A DNA stretch of 63,266 bases, counting the filler, from Octopus bimaculoides (taxonomy: Eukaryota), in the NCBI RefSeq assembly GCF_001194135.2. It is 8 parts of 8 records of this genome, joined end to end, with 100 filler letters (N's around TTAATTAATTAA, not from the genome) between each part and the next. Parts side by side here need not be neighbours in the genome. Positions count along the whole stretch, not along the records: positions 33,442 to 44,270 come from NC_068984.1; positions 44,371 to 47,999 come from NC_069010.1; positions 48,100 to 61,744 come from NW_026360317.1; 5 more parts are not named here. One strand, given 5' to 3'. Each line of letters starts with the position of its first letter. The first letter of the stretch is position 1. The position numbers were made by a program, and so were the translations under genes. The notes under the pieces were generated by a model, which was given only the letters and a program-made list of their open reading frames with translations, was not told the origin of the DNA and searched no databases. Below, piece after piece: positions 38,708-50,894 of this stretch.

Positions 38708-40417
38708 CGCTGCCACCATCGCAGCCACTACCACCACCGCCGCCGCCACCACCNNNNNNNNNNNNNNNNNNNNNNNNNNNNNNNNNNNNNNNNNNNNNNN
38801 NNNNNNNNNNNNNNNNNNNNNNNACACTACCACCACCACCACCACCACTACCACCACTACTACTACTACTACTACTGCTGCTGCTGCCACTGTTGCTGCT
38901 ACTACTGCTGCTGTTGCTGCTGCTGCCGCCATCGCAACCCCCACCACTACTACAAAACATCTAATACACCCCACCCACATTTCCCTTTTTTCATCATTCT
39001 ATCAAACTCTTTCCCTCTCTCTTTTCTCTTTCTGTCTCTCTCTTTCTCTTTCTCTCTCTCTCTCTCTTTCCCTTTGTCTCTGTGTGTCTTTCTCTTTCTC
39101 TCTCTGTCCTTCTTAATCCAACACTAAACATATACCCTCAAAATCTAACACCCTTCTGGAATGTCATCCCTGACTTTTCATTGTAAGTCCCAACTGAATT
39201 CTAGTTGTTGTTGTTGTTGTTGTTACTGTTTATAATAATGACGATGATGTTTTTGTTGTTCTTTGTCATCTTTTTCCTCCACTTCCTCCTCCTCCTCTTC
39301 CTTTTTTCTTTGATTAATCAATAAGACAATGTTTTCTTGGCTTACCTTTGCTACCAAGTTTTTTGAAGATCTACCTCTACCACTAATTACCAAGTCTTTG
39401 ATTTACCTTCTCCACAATCACTTTCCACTACCACCACCACCACCACCAATTAACAAATCTTTGATCCACCCCCACTTCAGCTACCTTCCACCACCTCAGC
39501 TACAAACTATCAATTACCAAGTCTTTGATTTACCTTCACCTCAGTTACCTAGCAACACCATCATCACTAATTGCTAAGTCTTTGGTATGCCTCCACCACT
39601 ACTACATTGCACCCCCTCCCTATCACAGTTACCTTCTATCAACACAAACAACTGAATCCTTTGTCTATGTCTGCTAGTTTCTCACCTTCCTAATACCTCC
39701 TCAGTGTTCTAGGTCTACTTATACTCTCTCTTTACTCTTTTACTCTTTTACTTGTTTCAGTCATTTGACTGCAGCCATGCTGGAGCACCGCCTTTAATCG
39801 AGCAAATCGACCCTAAGACATCTGAGATTGTAAGACCTTGCATTTGTAGTGACTTTATGAGTTTTAACTTTTTAACTTCATATTATCCAAGTGTTCTGAC
39901 TTTGTATTGTCCAAGAGTTATGAGTTAGAAGTTTGTGTCTTGTGTTAAAAAAAAAATTATTGTATTTTTCTGCTGGTGAAAGAGACAATATGTTTGTGAC
40001 CCCATGGTGAGAATATTTTGAGAAATCTAACCAATGAGATAGTGAAAGCTTGACATAAGATTTTAAGGTCTTCATGTGGAGATGATGTTGTTGAATGAAA
40101 TATCAAGTAAGTTTTGAAGACTATGATATCATCTTCATAGGAAGAACCAGTGTTATAGCATCTTAGCATGAAGCTTTTCAGTCTGCTTGTAGATGATGTT
40201 GATGAACTGAATGTCAAGTTAAGACTAACCCTTTATCATCCAGACTGCTCAGACAAATGTAATGCTTATTTATTCATATCCTTTTGAACTAATCCTGCAT
40301 TATCTCAATGCTTTCAGATTTCAATGATGTGATTGCTTATTTTTAGAATGACATTGTCAAGTATGTGTGAGTGACAGGATTTGCCCAGTTTGAGTATAAA
40401 AAGGGTAGGATATTTTG

Positions 40418-40565
40418 ACCAGGGCATCCAGCCGTAGAAACTCTGCCAAATTAGATTGGAGCCTGGTGCTGCCATCCAGTTTCACCAGTCCTCAGTCAAA
40501 TCGTCCAACCCATGCTAGCATGGAAAGCAGACATTAAACGATGATGATGATGATGATGATGATGA
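40418..40565 (+). mobile_element. SINE family C, 3' part with (GAT)n tail
   Basis: GGGCATCCAGCCGTAGAAACTCTGCC..CCCATGCTAGCATGGAAAGCAGACATTAAAC(GAT)n. Matches copies at 58905 and 59365. Confidence 0.8.
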
Positions 40566-40574
40566 TGGCTGGCT

Positions 40575-40900
40575 TAAATGCCAAAGACTGTGAAAGCATC
40601 TTCATTGATTGAAAAGATCATTGTTATAGCCGACAATACATGTATGTCATTCATATATAGGAAGGAAAATGTAGAACACATAACTGAACCTTGTGGAACA
40701 CAAGAATTGGGTTTGTACATCAAAGAGAGAGAGAGACAGAGCGAGAGTTCTGTGATAGTATTTTCTGATAGGAAGCTTCACCCTCTTTTATCAATTCCTC
40801 ACTTCTTTGTCATTCAGTGTGTATCATCAACCATTCACTTTCCGTGCTTCAACAGTCATATTTCTATGAAATCCTGTCTAACACTAAAAGTAATTACAAC
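40575..40900 (-). mobile_element. Decayed CR1/L2/jockey-type reverse transcriptase fragment
   Basis: SFLSE...SCVPQGSVMCSTFSFLYMNDI (compare SGVPQGSVLGPLLFLLYINDL). Confidence 0.55.
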
Positions 40901-41134
40901 AACATATTGAGTTATTCTAGTTTCCTTGTCATGACATTCATTAAGCCTCAGATTTAGGATGTAATTGTGCTAGTTATACCCATCCCAACACATTAATAAT
41001 ATTTAATTAGGCTGACATCATATTGACAATTTGGATTCTAGTTCAATTACTGTTACACCTCACATTCCAGCTCTGTCTCCGATTTATTTTGCTCTCCTTC
41101 TCTTTCTCTCTCTCACACACACACTCTCTCTCTC

Positions 41135-41322
41135 TCTCTCTCACGCACTCACATACACACACATACACACTCACACACACTATCTCTCTATCTCTTTCTC
41201 TATCCATCCATCTATTTATCTATCTATCTACCTGTTCATCTATCTCTGTCTTTCTCTCTCTCATTTTTAATTTCGTATAGCTTTCTTTTTCTTTCACTCA
41301 TATAATTTCTCCCACTTTCTTC

Positions 41323-41378
<56 letters not shown>

Positions 41379-41443
41379 GCACTCACATACACACACATAC
41401 ACACTTACACACACTATCTCTCTATCTCTTTCTCTATCCATCC

Positions 41444-41504
<61 letters not shown>

Positions 41505-41608
41505 CCTGTTCATCTATCTCTGTCTTTCTCTCTCTCATTTTTAATTTCGTATAGATTTCTTTTTCTTTCACTCATATAATTTCTCTCACTTTCTTCCCCC
41601 TGTCTCTA

Positions 41609-41612
<4 letters not shown>
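41135..41612. repeat. Near-identical direct duplication of about 200-240 bp (41135-41335 and 41373-41612)
   Basis: CTCACGCACTCACATAC...ACCTGTTCATCTATCTCTGTC...TTTAATTTCGTATAG...CTTCTTCCCC repeated, differing mainly in (TATC)n length. Confidence 0.85.
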
Positions 41613-41640
<28 letters not shown>

Positions 41641-41774
41641 TCACTCACTCATTCACTCTATCTTTCTTTTATTTTAGATACACCTGCGCCATCTGCTACA
41701 GAGAATTCTCCACTGAAGATGCAACCCAGGATCAGTCATAAGATTAAAGGCTTCAGTCATAACAACAACAACAA

Positions 41775-42695
41775 TAATAATTCTTTCTACTTTGAGCACA
41801 AGACCAGCATTTTTGTAGGGAGAAGGGTTTAGCTGATTATATCATTCCCCCAGCGTTCAACTGGTATTTATTCTATCGATCCTGCAATGACGAAAAGCAA
41901 AGTCAAGCTCAGCAGAATCTGAACTCAGAACATAAAAATCAAAAGAACTGCTACCAATTCTGCCAGCTGACTACGTTTATGATTGATAACGGTAATAATT
42001 ATAATAGTAACACCACCAACAACAACAACATCAATGATGATGATGATGATGATGATGACAATGATGAGGATGGTTACTATGACTGACATGAGGTCATAAG
42101 TTTGTGAAAGATAGAGGAACAGTGTAAGTGGTTTTGTACTGAGTTAACTCTCATTATAAACCATTACTTATTTCATTGATAAACCCAGATAAACAACATG
42201 AAGCCAGATACCATTAGATATATATTGTTGGAGCTTGTTAAAAATGTTATTTGATATCAAGGCTATCATTTCACATAAGCCTTGTTCCATTTCGTAGTTC
42301 CATTTCGGTTAACTCAGTATAGTTTGGCATATCCTTCCAGTGGCCAGTCTCATCTGCTAAGAACTATTCGGTGAACTTTACAACATTATGGCAACCAACA
42401 TGTGGATAATTAATGTCTATTCACTACAGGCTTTTTTCATCAATAATAATAATAATAATAATAATAACAATAATAATTATATTTTCTACTACAGGCACAA
42501 GGCCTGAAAGTTTGTTGGGCAGGAGCTAGTCAATTACATTGACCCCAGTGTCCAGCTGGTACTCATTTTATCAACCTCAAAAGGATGAAGGACAGGATGG
42601 ACTTTGGTAGCATTTGAACTCAGAATGCAAAGAGCCAGACGAAATGCTATTAAGCATTTTGTCCGGTATGCTAACAACTCTGCCTGCACACCATC
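41775..42695 (-). mobile_element. Two SINE family B copies (41775-41975 and 42482-42695)
   Basis: Reverse-complement B-box GAACTCAGAA and ..CTTTCTACT..GCACAAG tail. Confidence 0.7.
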
Positions 42696-42730
<35 letters not shown>

Positions 42731-43108
42731 TGATGTATCAATACCAACAGATGACAACGTTTCCCTAAAAGAAATGGAGAAACTTTCAAAATACAAAGAC
42801 CTGGAAATAGAAGTAACTCAAATGTGGAATCTAAAAACAGAAACAATTCCTATCATAGTAGGCGCCTTAGGTATAATAAAAAAATATTCAGACAAATACA
42901 TAACAAAAACACCAGGACTTACAAATATATATAGCATACACAAAATTGCACTACTGGGCACTGCACACATCCTACGCAAAACACTTTCAATACAGTAACC
43001 ATAAGAGCATCACAACAAACCACATCACATACCCAAGGCACACAGAGCTGCGTTCGGTAGTGAAGTGAAAGCTAAATAAAACTACTGAATAATAATAATA
43101 ATAATAAT
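42731..43108 (+). mobile_element. 5'-truncated Dong/R4 retrotransposon 3' end inserted in a (TAA)n repeat
   Basis: IDVSIPTDDNVSLKEMEKLSKYKDLEIEVTQMW..IIVGALG..ALLGTAHILRKTL* (C-terminal half of the RLE). (AAT)n lies immediately 5' (42699-42730) and 3' (43088-43108). Confidence 0.9.
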
Positions 43109-43291
43109 GAATTACTTTGTCTGCATTATTTCATCTAATTTTGAAAAACGGGTTATGTTGTCATCTATTTGGTTGAGCTTTGATGTAATGAACTTTTAGC
43201 GAGAGACAAATGAGAAAAAATTATTTTCATTTCAACATAATACTGCTGAATGTTTTGAAAACAAATAAAAAACACAAGAATAATATCAAAG

Positions 43292-44143
43292 ATGAATGAC
43301 AAATTCCATCAGTGTAAAATCTGCAATAAGGTCTTCTCCCGCAGTGCTAATTTAACCAGGCACATGCGTGTACATACTGGGGAGAAACCTTATACCTGTA
43401 ATATCTGCAACAAATCCTTTTCCCTCAATTGTACTTTATATCGACACAAACAAATGCATGCTGGGGAAAGACCCTATGAATGCAAAGTATGTGGCAAGAC
43501 GTTCTCGCAGACTAGTCACTTGTCGGAACATGTGTTGATTCATACAGGTGAAAAGTCATATCAATGTGAAATCTGTGGTAAGACATTTTCTCGGAACAGC
43601 TACCTGTCGACACACAAATGGATGCACTCCGGCCAGAAACCACATACCTGCAGAATTTGTGGTAAAACGTTCTCTCGTACAAGTCATTTGGCAAGCCACC
43701 AGAGTGTACATAGTGGGGAGAAACCATTCCATTGTGACGAGTGTGGGAAAAATTTCTCCCGCAACAGTCATTTAACGACGCACCTACAGATTCACACAGG
43801 TGAGAAACCTTTCCGCTGTGACATATGCGGCAAAGCATTTTCACATAACAGTTATCTATCCGGCCACAAACGTATCCACACTGGGGAGAAACCTTATACT
43901 TGCGACACTTGCGGCAAATCGTTTTCTCGTAGTAGTCACCTGTCCAGGCACAAGTGGACACACACAGGAGAGAAGCCATTTCGTTGTGAGACATGTGGTA
44001 AAGCTTTCACTCAGAACAGCCACTTAACTAAACACAAATGGCTACATAGAGGAGATGAGGAATACCAATGTCAAATCTGTAATAAAACATTTGAAGAAAA
44101 CAATCTCTTAGCTGCACATGTCTGGACACACACAGAAGGCTGA
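43292..44143 (+). CDS. Intronless 283-aa Kruppel-type protein with 10 tandem C2H2 zinc fingers and no effector domain
   Basis: Ten C-x2-C-x12-H-x3-H units with TGEKP-type linkers, uninterrupted ORF, in-frame stop upstream at 43256-43258. Confidence 0.95.
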   Translation: MNDKFHQCKICNKVFSRSANLTRHMRVHTGEKPYTCNICNKSFSLNCTLYRHKQMHAGERPYECKVCGKTFSQTSHLSEHVLIHTGEKSYQCEICGKTFSRNSYLSTHKWMHSGQKPHTCRICGKTFSRTSHLASHQSVHSGEKPFHCDECGKNFSRNSHLTTHLQIHTGEKPFRCDICGKAFSHNSYLSGHKRIHTGEKPYTCDTCGKSFSRSSHLSRHKWTHTGEKPFRCETCGKAFTQNSHLTKHKWLHRGDEEYQCQICNKTFEENNLLAAHVWTHTEG

Positions 44144-44442
44144 TGTTTCATACTTCATATAAGATATCACTAAATATCATGAATGTTGCTACACTGCTGG
44201 TGGTTCCATCCTAAGATATCATGATATAACATTGTGTCTGAAACACATATATATCTATCTATATATATATNNNNNNNNNNNNNNNNNNNNNNNNNNNNNN
44301 NNNNNNNNNNNNNNTTAATTAATTAANNNNNNNNNNNNNNNNNNNNNNNNNNNNNNNNNNNNNNNNNNNNAGTAGTAGTAGCAGTGGTGGTGGTGGTAGT
44401 AGTAGTAGCAGTGGGGTGGTAGTTGTAGTAGTATTGGTGGTG

Positions 44443-44485
<43 letters not shown>

Positions 44486-44791
44486 CAGTGGTGGTGGTGG
44501 TGGCGGTAGGAGTGACTATGCCAGAAACTTGACAGCCTCTGATGACAAAGCTGTAAAGGATAATTAAGGAAGATAAAGAGGATAGCAAGGTTGTTGTTGT
44601 TCTTGTTCTAGTTGTTTCTGTTGCTGTCATCATCTGTCTTGCCTCCCCCCCTCCTCCTACACCATCTTTACTCTTCTTTTCCCCCCCACATACACACGCA
44701 CACACACTCACACACAATGTGACCTTTGACTGCTACTAGAAGAACATTGAAGATTTGGGAGGAGACCAAAGGTCTTACACACAGGTGTGTG

Positions 44792-44834
<43 letters not shown>

Positions 44835-44851
44835 ATGTATATATACATGTG

Positions 44852-44900
<49 letters not shown>

Positions 44901-45869
44901 ATATATATGTATATATATATATATACACACACACACATGTATATAAATTATATATATATATATATGTATGTATACACACATGTATATGCATGTATATATA
45001 TATATATGTATATGCATGTATGTGTATGTATAAATAAATATATATATATATATATATAGGCACAAACATACATGCATATACATATATATATATACATGCA
45101 TATGCATGTGTATGTATATATATATACAAGCATATACATATATATATATATATACACATGCATATATGTATGTATGTATATATGTGTGTGTGTGTGTGCA
45201 TATACATAGATACATATATATGCATGCACATAGACACATATATATATATATTTACATATCCATATACATGCATATATATATATATATATATATATATANN
45301 NNNNNNNNNNNNNNNNNNNNNNNNNNNNNNNNNNNNNNNNNNNNNNNNNNNNNNNNNNNNNNNNNNNNNNNNNNNNNNNNNNNNNNNNNNNNNNNNNNNN
45401 NNNNNNNNNNNNNNNNNNNNNNNNNNNNNNNNNNNNNNNNNNNNNNNNNNNNNNNNNNNNNNNNNNNNNNNNNNNNNNNNNNNNNNNNNNNNNNNNNNNN
45501 NNNNNNNNNNNNNNNNNNNNNNNNNNNNNNNNNNNNNNNNNNNNNNNNNNNNNNNNNNNNNNNNNNNNNNNNNNNNNNNNNNNNNNNNNNNNNNNNNNNN
45601 NNNNNNNNNNNNNNNNNNNNNNNNNNNNNNNNNNNNNNNNNNNNNNNNNNNNNNNNNNNNNNNNNNNNNNNNNNNNNNNNNNNNNNNNNNNNNNNNNNNN
45701 NNNNNNNNNNNNNNNNNNNNNNNNNNNNNNNNNNNNNNNNNNNNNNNNNNNNNNNNNNNNNNNNNNNNNNNNNNNNNNNNNNNNNGATCCGTGTCTTCTA
45801 CTATAGGCTCAGGCTGAACAAAGCTTTGTGAGTGGATTTGGTAGGCGAAAACTGAAAGAAGCCCATCGT

Positions 45870-45901
<32 letters not shown>

Positions 45902-45904
45902 CAC

Positions 45905-46100
45905 CTTCCTGGTACTTGTGCCAGTGGCACGGGAATAGTCATTTGAGGGAGATCGTTGCCAGTGCCGCTGGACTGGCCCCTGTGCGGGTGGCATGTAAAA
46001 TACACCATTTCGAGTGTGGCCGTTGCCAGTACCGCCTAACGCCAACCACTCCCAGAGTGTAATGGGTGCTTGTATGTGCCACTGGCACGAGGGCCAGTCA
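45905..46100. mobile_element. SINE family C, internal fragments in mixed orientation
   Basis: GATCGTTGCCAGTGCCGCTGGACTGGC..GTGGCCGTTGCCAGTACCGCC..GCCAACCACTCC..GTGTAATGGGTGC, shared with 55760-56070 and 58905-59145. Confidence 0.6.
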
Positions 46101-47874
46101 CATACAAACACACAAACACATACACACAGTCACATTCATACACATTCACACACACATACACACACATTCACACGCTCACAAACACACACACTCACACACA
46201 CACATGATTGTGCCTACAAGTTCATACATACACACACTCGTTCACACACATGCACACTCCTCATTCCAGGGCTTCTCTCTCGTAGGGATGAAGGTGGGCC
46301 CTAGAAAGACTAAGAGGGGTGAGGGGAAGATTGAAGCACCCAACAAATTCCAATGTTTTGATAAATTTGTTCCCTCTACCCATCATGATCCCTGGGGTAG
46401 GGCAGCAGAGAAACGAGGGTCAGATGGATGGAGATTATATTTAGTGGCTTCTTGTTAATGAACGAAGATTAGGGGACAACAGCCAGAGGGGTTACTCATC
46501 AGGGCAAGGGTGGATTGGTAGTTGTTTGACAACTGCTTGTTTAGAAGATGTAACCACCACTACCACCACCACCACTGCATATCATTAGGTATTGTGTGCC
46601 CCTAAAGCACATTATTATGTTGCACCCCTAAAACCACAACCAACACTATCACTGTCATCAACACCATCACTATAGCCACAGCCTCTACCACAACCATCAC
46701 CACCACCACTACCACCAGCAACGCAACCACCATCACTACACTCACCACAGCCACCACCACTACCACAACTACAACTATCATAACCACCACTACCACCACC
46801 ACCACTACCACCACAACCACAACCACTACCACCACCACCATCATCACCACAGCTACTATCACCACTCTGACACCTCCATCAACACCACCGGCACCCCAAC
46901 CAATCATTACTTGCACATCACTGTGTATTGCATACCCCCAATGACACCCCNNNNNNNNNNNNNNNNNNNNNNNNNNNNNNNNNNNNNNNNNNNNNNNNNN
47001 NNNNNNNNNNNNNNNNNNNNNNNNNNNNNNNNNNNNNNNNNNNNNNNNNNNNNNNNNNNNNNNNNNNNNNNNNNNNNNNNNNNNNNNNNNNNNNNNNNNN
47101 NNNNNNNNNNNNNNNNNNNNNNNNNNNNNNNNNNNNNNNNNNNNNNNNNNNNNNNNNNNNNNNNNNNNNNNNNNNNNNNNNNNNNNNNNNNNNNNNNNNN
47201 NNNNNNNNNNNNNNNNNNNNNNNNNNNNNNNNNNNNNNNNNNNNNNNNNNNNNNNNNNNNNNNNNNNNNNNNNNNNNNNNNNNNNNNNNNNNNNNNNNNN
47301 NNNNNNNNNNNNNNNNNNNNNNNNNNNNNNNNNNNNNNNNNNNNNNNNNNNNNNNNNNNNNNNNNNNNNNNNNNNNNNNNNNNNNNNNNNNNNNNNNNNN
47401 NNNNNNNNNNNNNNNNNNNNNNNNNNNNNNNNNNNNNNNNNNNNNNNNNNNNNNNNNNNNNNNNNNNNNNNNNNNNNNNNNNNNNNNNNNNNNNNNNNNN
47501 NNNNNNNNNNNNNNNNNNNNNNNNNNNNNNNNAGAGGAGGAGGAGGAGGAGGAGGAGGAGGAGGAAGGGTGGTGGTGGCGTTGGGTGTCGAAGAAGTTGG
47601 GTAGTGGTGGGTAGAACCGAGGTGTGTGACCCCGTTTGATGTTGAAGTGATTTCCTTGGACCTTGTCACCCGTTGTTATCTCCTTGACAAAACATTGTCA
47701 CCAATGCAACCACCGCCACCACCGTCGCCACAGTCACCACCACCGCCCATACCAAAACCACCACCACCAACATTTGCTATCATTATACAGGCTCCATTGC
47801 ATTTAGAGGAGAATCTCTGTAGTCACTTCAGTTGCTAGAAATAGAAGCCAAATCTCAATCATAGATATCCTTTC

Positions 47875-47999
47875 CACACCATACCACCAAACACCATACC
47901 ACCAAACACCATACCACCAAACCACCATACCACCAAACCACCATACCACCAAACACCATACCACCAAACACCATACCACCAAACACCATACCACCAAAC
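47875..47999. repeat. 15-bp minisatellite (CACCATACCACCAAA)n running into a gap
   Basis: About 8 tandem units read directly. Confidence 0.85.
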
Positions 48000-49214
48000 N
48001 NNNNNNNNNNNNNNNNNNNNNNNNNNNNNNNNNNNNNNNNNNNTTAATTAATTAANNNNNNNNNNNNNNNNNNNNNNNNNNNNNNNNNNNNNNNNNNNNA
48101 CACACACACATACACACAAACATACATACATACATACAAATCCATGTACAAGGCTTTGGTTGGCCGAAGGCTATAATTGAAGGCACTTGCCCATGTGGTT
48201 GGGAAGCAAACTTCTTACCACACAGCCACACCTGTGTTTAAATTAAATTTAAATAACTTCATACATTTCACTGAATTTACCTGTATACACCTGTAATTAG
48301 AGTAGTTCTGAAAGTACTATGATTTAAGTAAGAGCCTTCAATTAATTTTTTACCTAATACCGCCTTCAGATATCGATCTTTTGCATTGACCTGAATAATG
48401 ATAACAATAATAATTAGAAGAAGAAGAAGAGCATTGAAAAATACTCGTCGAGTTTGGTTCGATTTCGATTTCGCTTGCCTCAACAGGTCTTCGCAAGCAG
48501 AGTTTAATGTCCAATGACGTAAAGAAAATGGTGTTGTAGGAGTGTACGCAGCACATGTACTACAGCACTACTATGCATAGCTTTAATACTGAGATTGAAA
48601 AGCAGGGACAAATGATGCCTACCTAATCGACAAAAAAATAAAAAATTTTGCATTTTATGCAGAATAATCAGAGTAAACTTCATAGTTTTATTGAATTTGG
48701 TGCATATTTTGCCATAAAAGGAAAATGTTGCTATTGATCTATTTTATTCAAGATAGGCACTGCCTACCTTACCTGCCTTGGTGACACGTCCCTGCTGTAT
48801 ACCTACTTTTGCACCACCTCTGTATAATAAGAAGTAGTGAAGAATTGTCTACATTATTGGATTTTCAGTTGAACTTTAGTACATGTAAAGCAGGTGTACC
48901 AAGAATAGTACAAGATATTGGAATTTATTAGTGCCTGAAGAAAACTGCTAAACTTATTTATGCACCACCATACAATAATTAACCACTAATATCATTAACC
49001 ACTAATAACATAATAATCACATTTACTAATATAAATACACAGATGTACTTACAATAATGCTGTACTAATACAGGAGATTCATCAATATAATTATACAGAA
49101 TTCATCACTCACCTTGCTGATAAATTAAATTACAGGTAATTTAAAATTTCAGATAAATAAAATAGAAAAAGAAAATGCGAAAAGTTTAATTTGAAAATAA
49201 AAATATTTTATAAA

Positions 49215-49540
49215 AGTAAGATCATCATCTTCATCATCATCATCATCATCATCATCATCTGCCTGTCTGTTTTCCATGCTGGTATGGGTTGTGGTTTGGC
49301 TAGAGCTGACAAGCCGGAGAGCTTCACTAGGTTCCAGTCATGTGTTTTTGGATTGTTTCTATGGCTAGATGCCTTTCCTAATGCAACCGCTTTTTCAGAA
49401 TGTACTGGGTGTTTTTTACGTGACACCAGCATAAGTACTTCCTATGTGGCACTGGCACAGATGATTTTTAGGTGACGTAGGCACAGATGCCTTTCACACG
49501 GCACCAGCACTGACAGGATCACTGAGTAACTTGCAAGACA
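49215..49540 (-). mobile_element. SINE family C, diverged
   Basis: (ATC)n tail, TTTCCATGCTGGTATGGGTT, GCTAGATGCCTTTCCTAATGC. Confidence 0.6.
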
Positions 49541-49833
49541 TTAGATAATATTTAAAAAAAAAATTTGTGGAAAGTTGTAAACGCCTGATGCAACCTTGTA
49601 GAATGCACATCTAAAAGTTATTTCAAAAACCTGTCCATTAAGAGCAGGGATGCTTTCCTTTTATGGTGTATTCTTTGTACAGTCTCTTGTGATTGGCTTT
49701 TAAAAAAAAAGTTTCCCTACCTCTTTCATGGAAATTGGTTGGATTCAAAAATATATCATTCTATCATATCTCTTTCTCCCTCAACTGCATTGTAATATCT
49801 GCTTTGAAATGCAAATGGTTTTATCACTTTTAA

Positions 49834-50305
49834 CCCTTTCGTTAGCATATTTCTATTGAGATGCTCTGTATTTCTTTCAATTATTTTAAATATAACAAAG
49901 AATTTAGTAAAATAACTGAGTCATCATTAAGCTAGTGTCAGGAACATAGATTAGGATTAAGGTTTGGTGGAAGATTTTAATTCAAAACTTATGAAAACAA
50001 GACATTTGTACTACAGAGCCAGAGGCGATTTCAGCTGGGTTGGTAACGAAAGGGTTAAGAATTGCTTCTCTATTGTATATTTTAACCCTTTCATTACTAT
50101 ATTTATTTTGAGATGCTCTTTGTTCCTTTCAATTACTTTAAATATAACAAAGAATTTAGTAAAATAACTGAGTCATCATTAAGCTAGTGTCAGGAACATA
50201 GATTGTGACTAAGGTTTGGTGGAAGATTTTAATTCAAAACTTATGAAAATGAGACATTTGTACTCAGAGCCAGAGCTGGTTTCAGCCAGGTTGGTAACAA
50301 AAGGA
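49834..50305. mobile_element. Two tandem piggyBac-type MITEs (49834-50054 and 50086-50305)
   Basis: TTAA|CCCTTTCGTTA...TAACGAAAGGG|TTAA termini, about 220 bp each. Confidence 0.85.
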
Positions 50306-50626
50306 TTAAGGATTGTTTCTCTATTATATATTTTAAGCCTGTCACAATTTGATGTCAGGTGAAAAAAAAAAGAAATGAAAAAATGGCATTCACAGTATTC
50401 CTATCTAGCAATCAAGTTATTGCCACCACTTATCATCCAGTCTATTTATCAAGAAATAATTCATTATCTGATTCATCTGATCTCACTATTATCTGCTGGC
50501 GTAAGGCTACCCCATCTCTCTCTACTCTAGCAAGTGTTTATCTTATGAAGTTACTTATTGGGTGGTATTGGATGGATTGGTAATCTAGGAATGTGCATAG
50601 TTTTGGGTGGCGTTGAGAAACATTAA

Positions 50627-50873
50627 CCCATTCGTGCAGAAATTTTTCTAGTGAATGAAATTGCCTGAAAATTCACAGATATTATTATTTTGACCTGAAT
50701 AACAACTGAAAAAATATTTCATTGAAATCCGTTTGATACAGACTGCATACGTGTTAAAAACATGTTTCATTCTTTGATATAGATCATAACACAAATCACA
50801 ATTTGTATCAAGTATTTGTTTTATACCCTTGTAAATTAAGGGTCAGTTTAAACGGACGATCGGCATGACTGGG
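50627..50873. mobile_element. Second TTAA-flanked MITE family, single copy
   Basis: TTAA|CCCATTCGTGC ... GCATGACTGGG|TTAA (8/11 TIR match). Confidence 0.5.
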
Positions 50874-50894
50874 TTAACATATTGCTCTGGAAAC

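Noticed and set aside
38560-38960. Two near-identical (CCA)/(CTA)/(CTG) blocks giving poly-P/L/S/G ORFs
   Set aside because: The blocks flank a 70-nt gap and are probably an unmerged overlap or haplotype pair. No splice signals or recognisable protein.
43512-44027. Alternative-frame and antisense ORFs over the ZNF gene
   Set aside because: Expected shadows of a repetitive 28-codon finger array.
44668-45273. Long ORFs rich in YI/HT/CV/ER/MYVC repeats, here and throughout the ORF track
   Set aside because: They are translations of (TA)n, (CA)n, (GA)n and (TATG)n microsatellites or of N-runs.
48440-48495. Second CUGUUGA...GAAA motif on the minus strand
   Set aside because: Stems I and II have only about 1 bp each, and the sequence resembles the SINE-C leader seen near 55735.
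49834-50336. Repeat-spacer-repeat pattern as a CRISPR-like array
   Set aside because: Units are about 220-bp MITEs with TTAA target sites, the short spacers are near-identical, and the context is eukaryotic with no cas genes.
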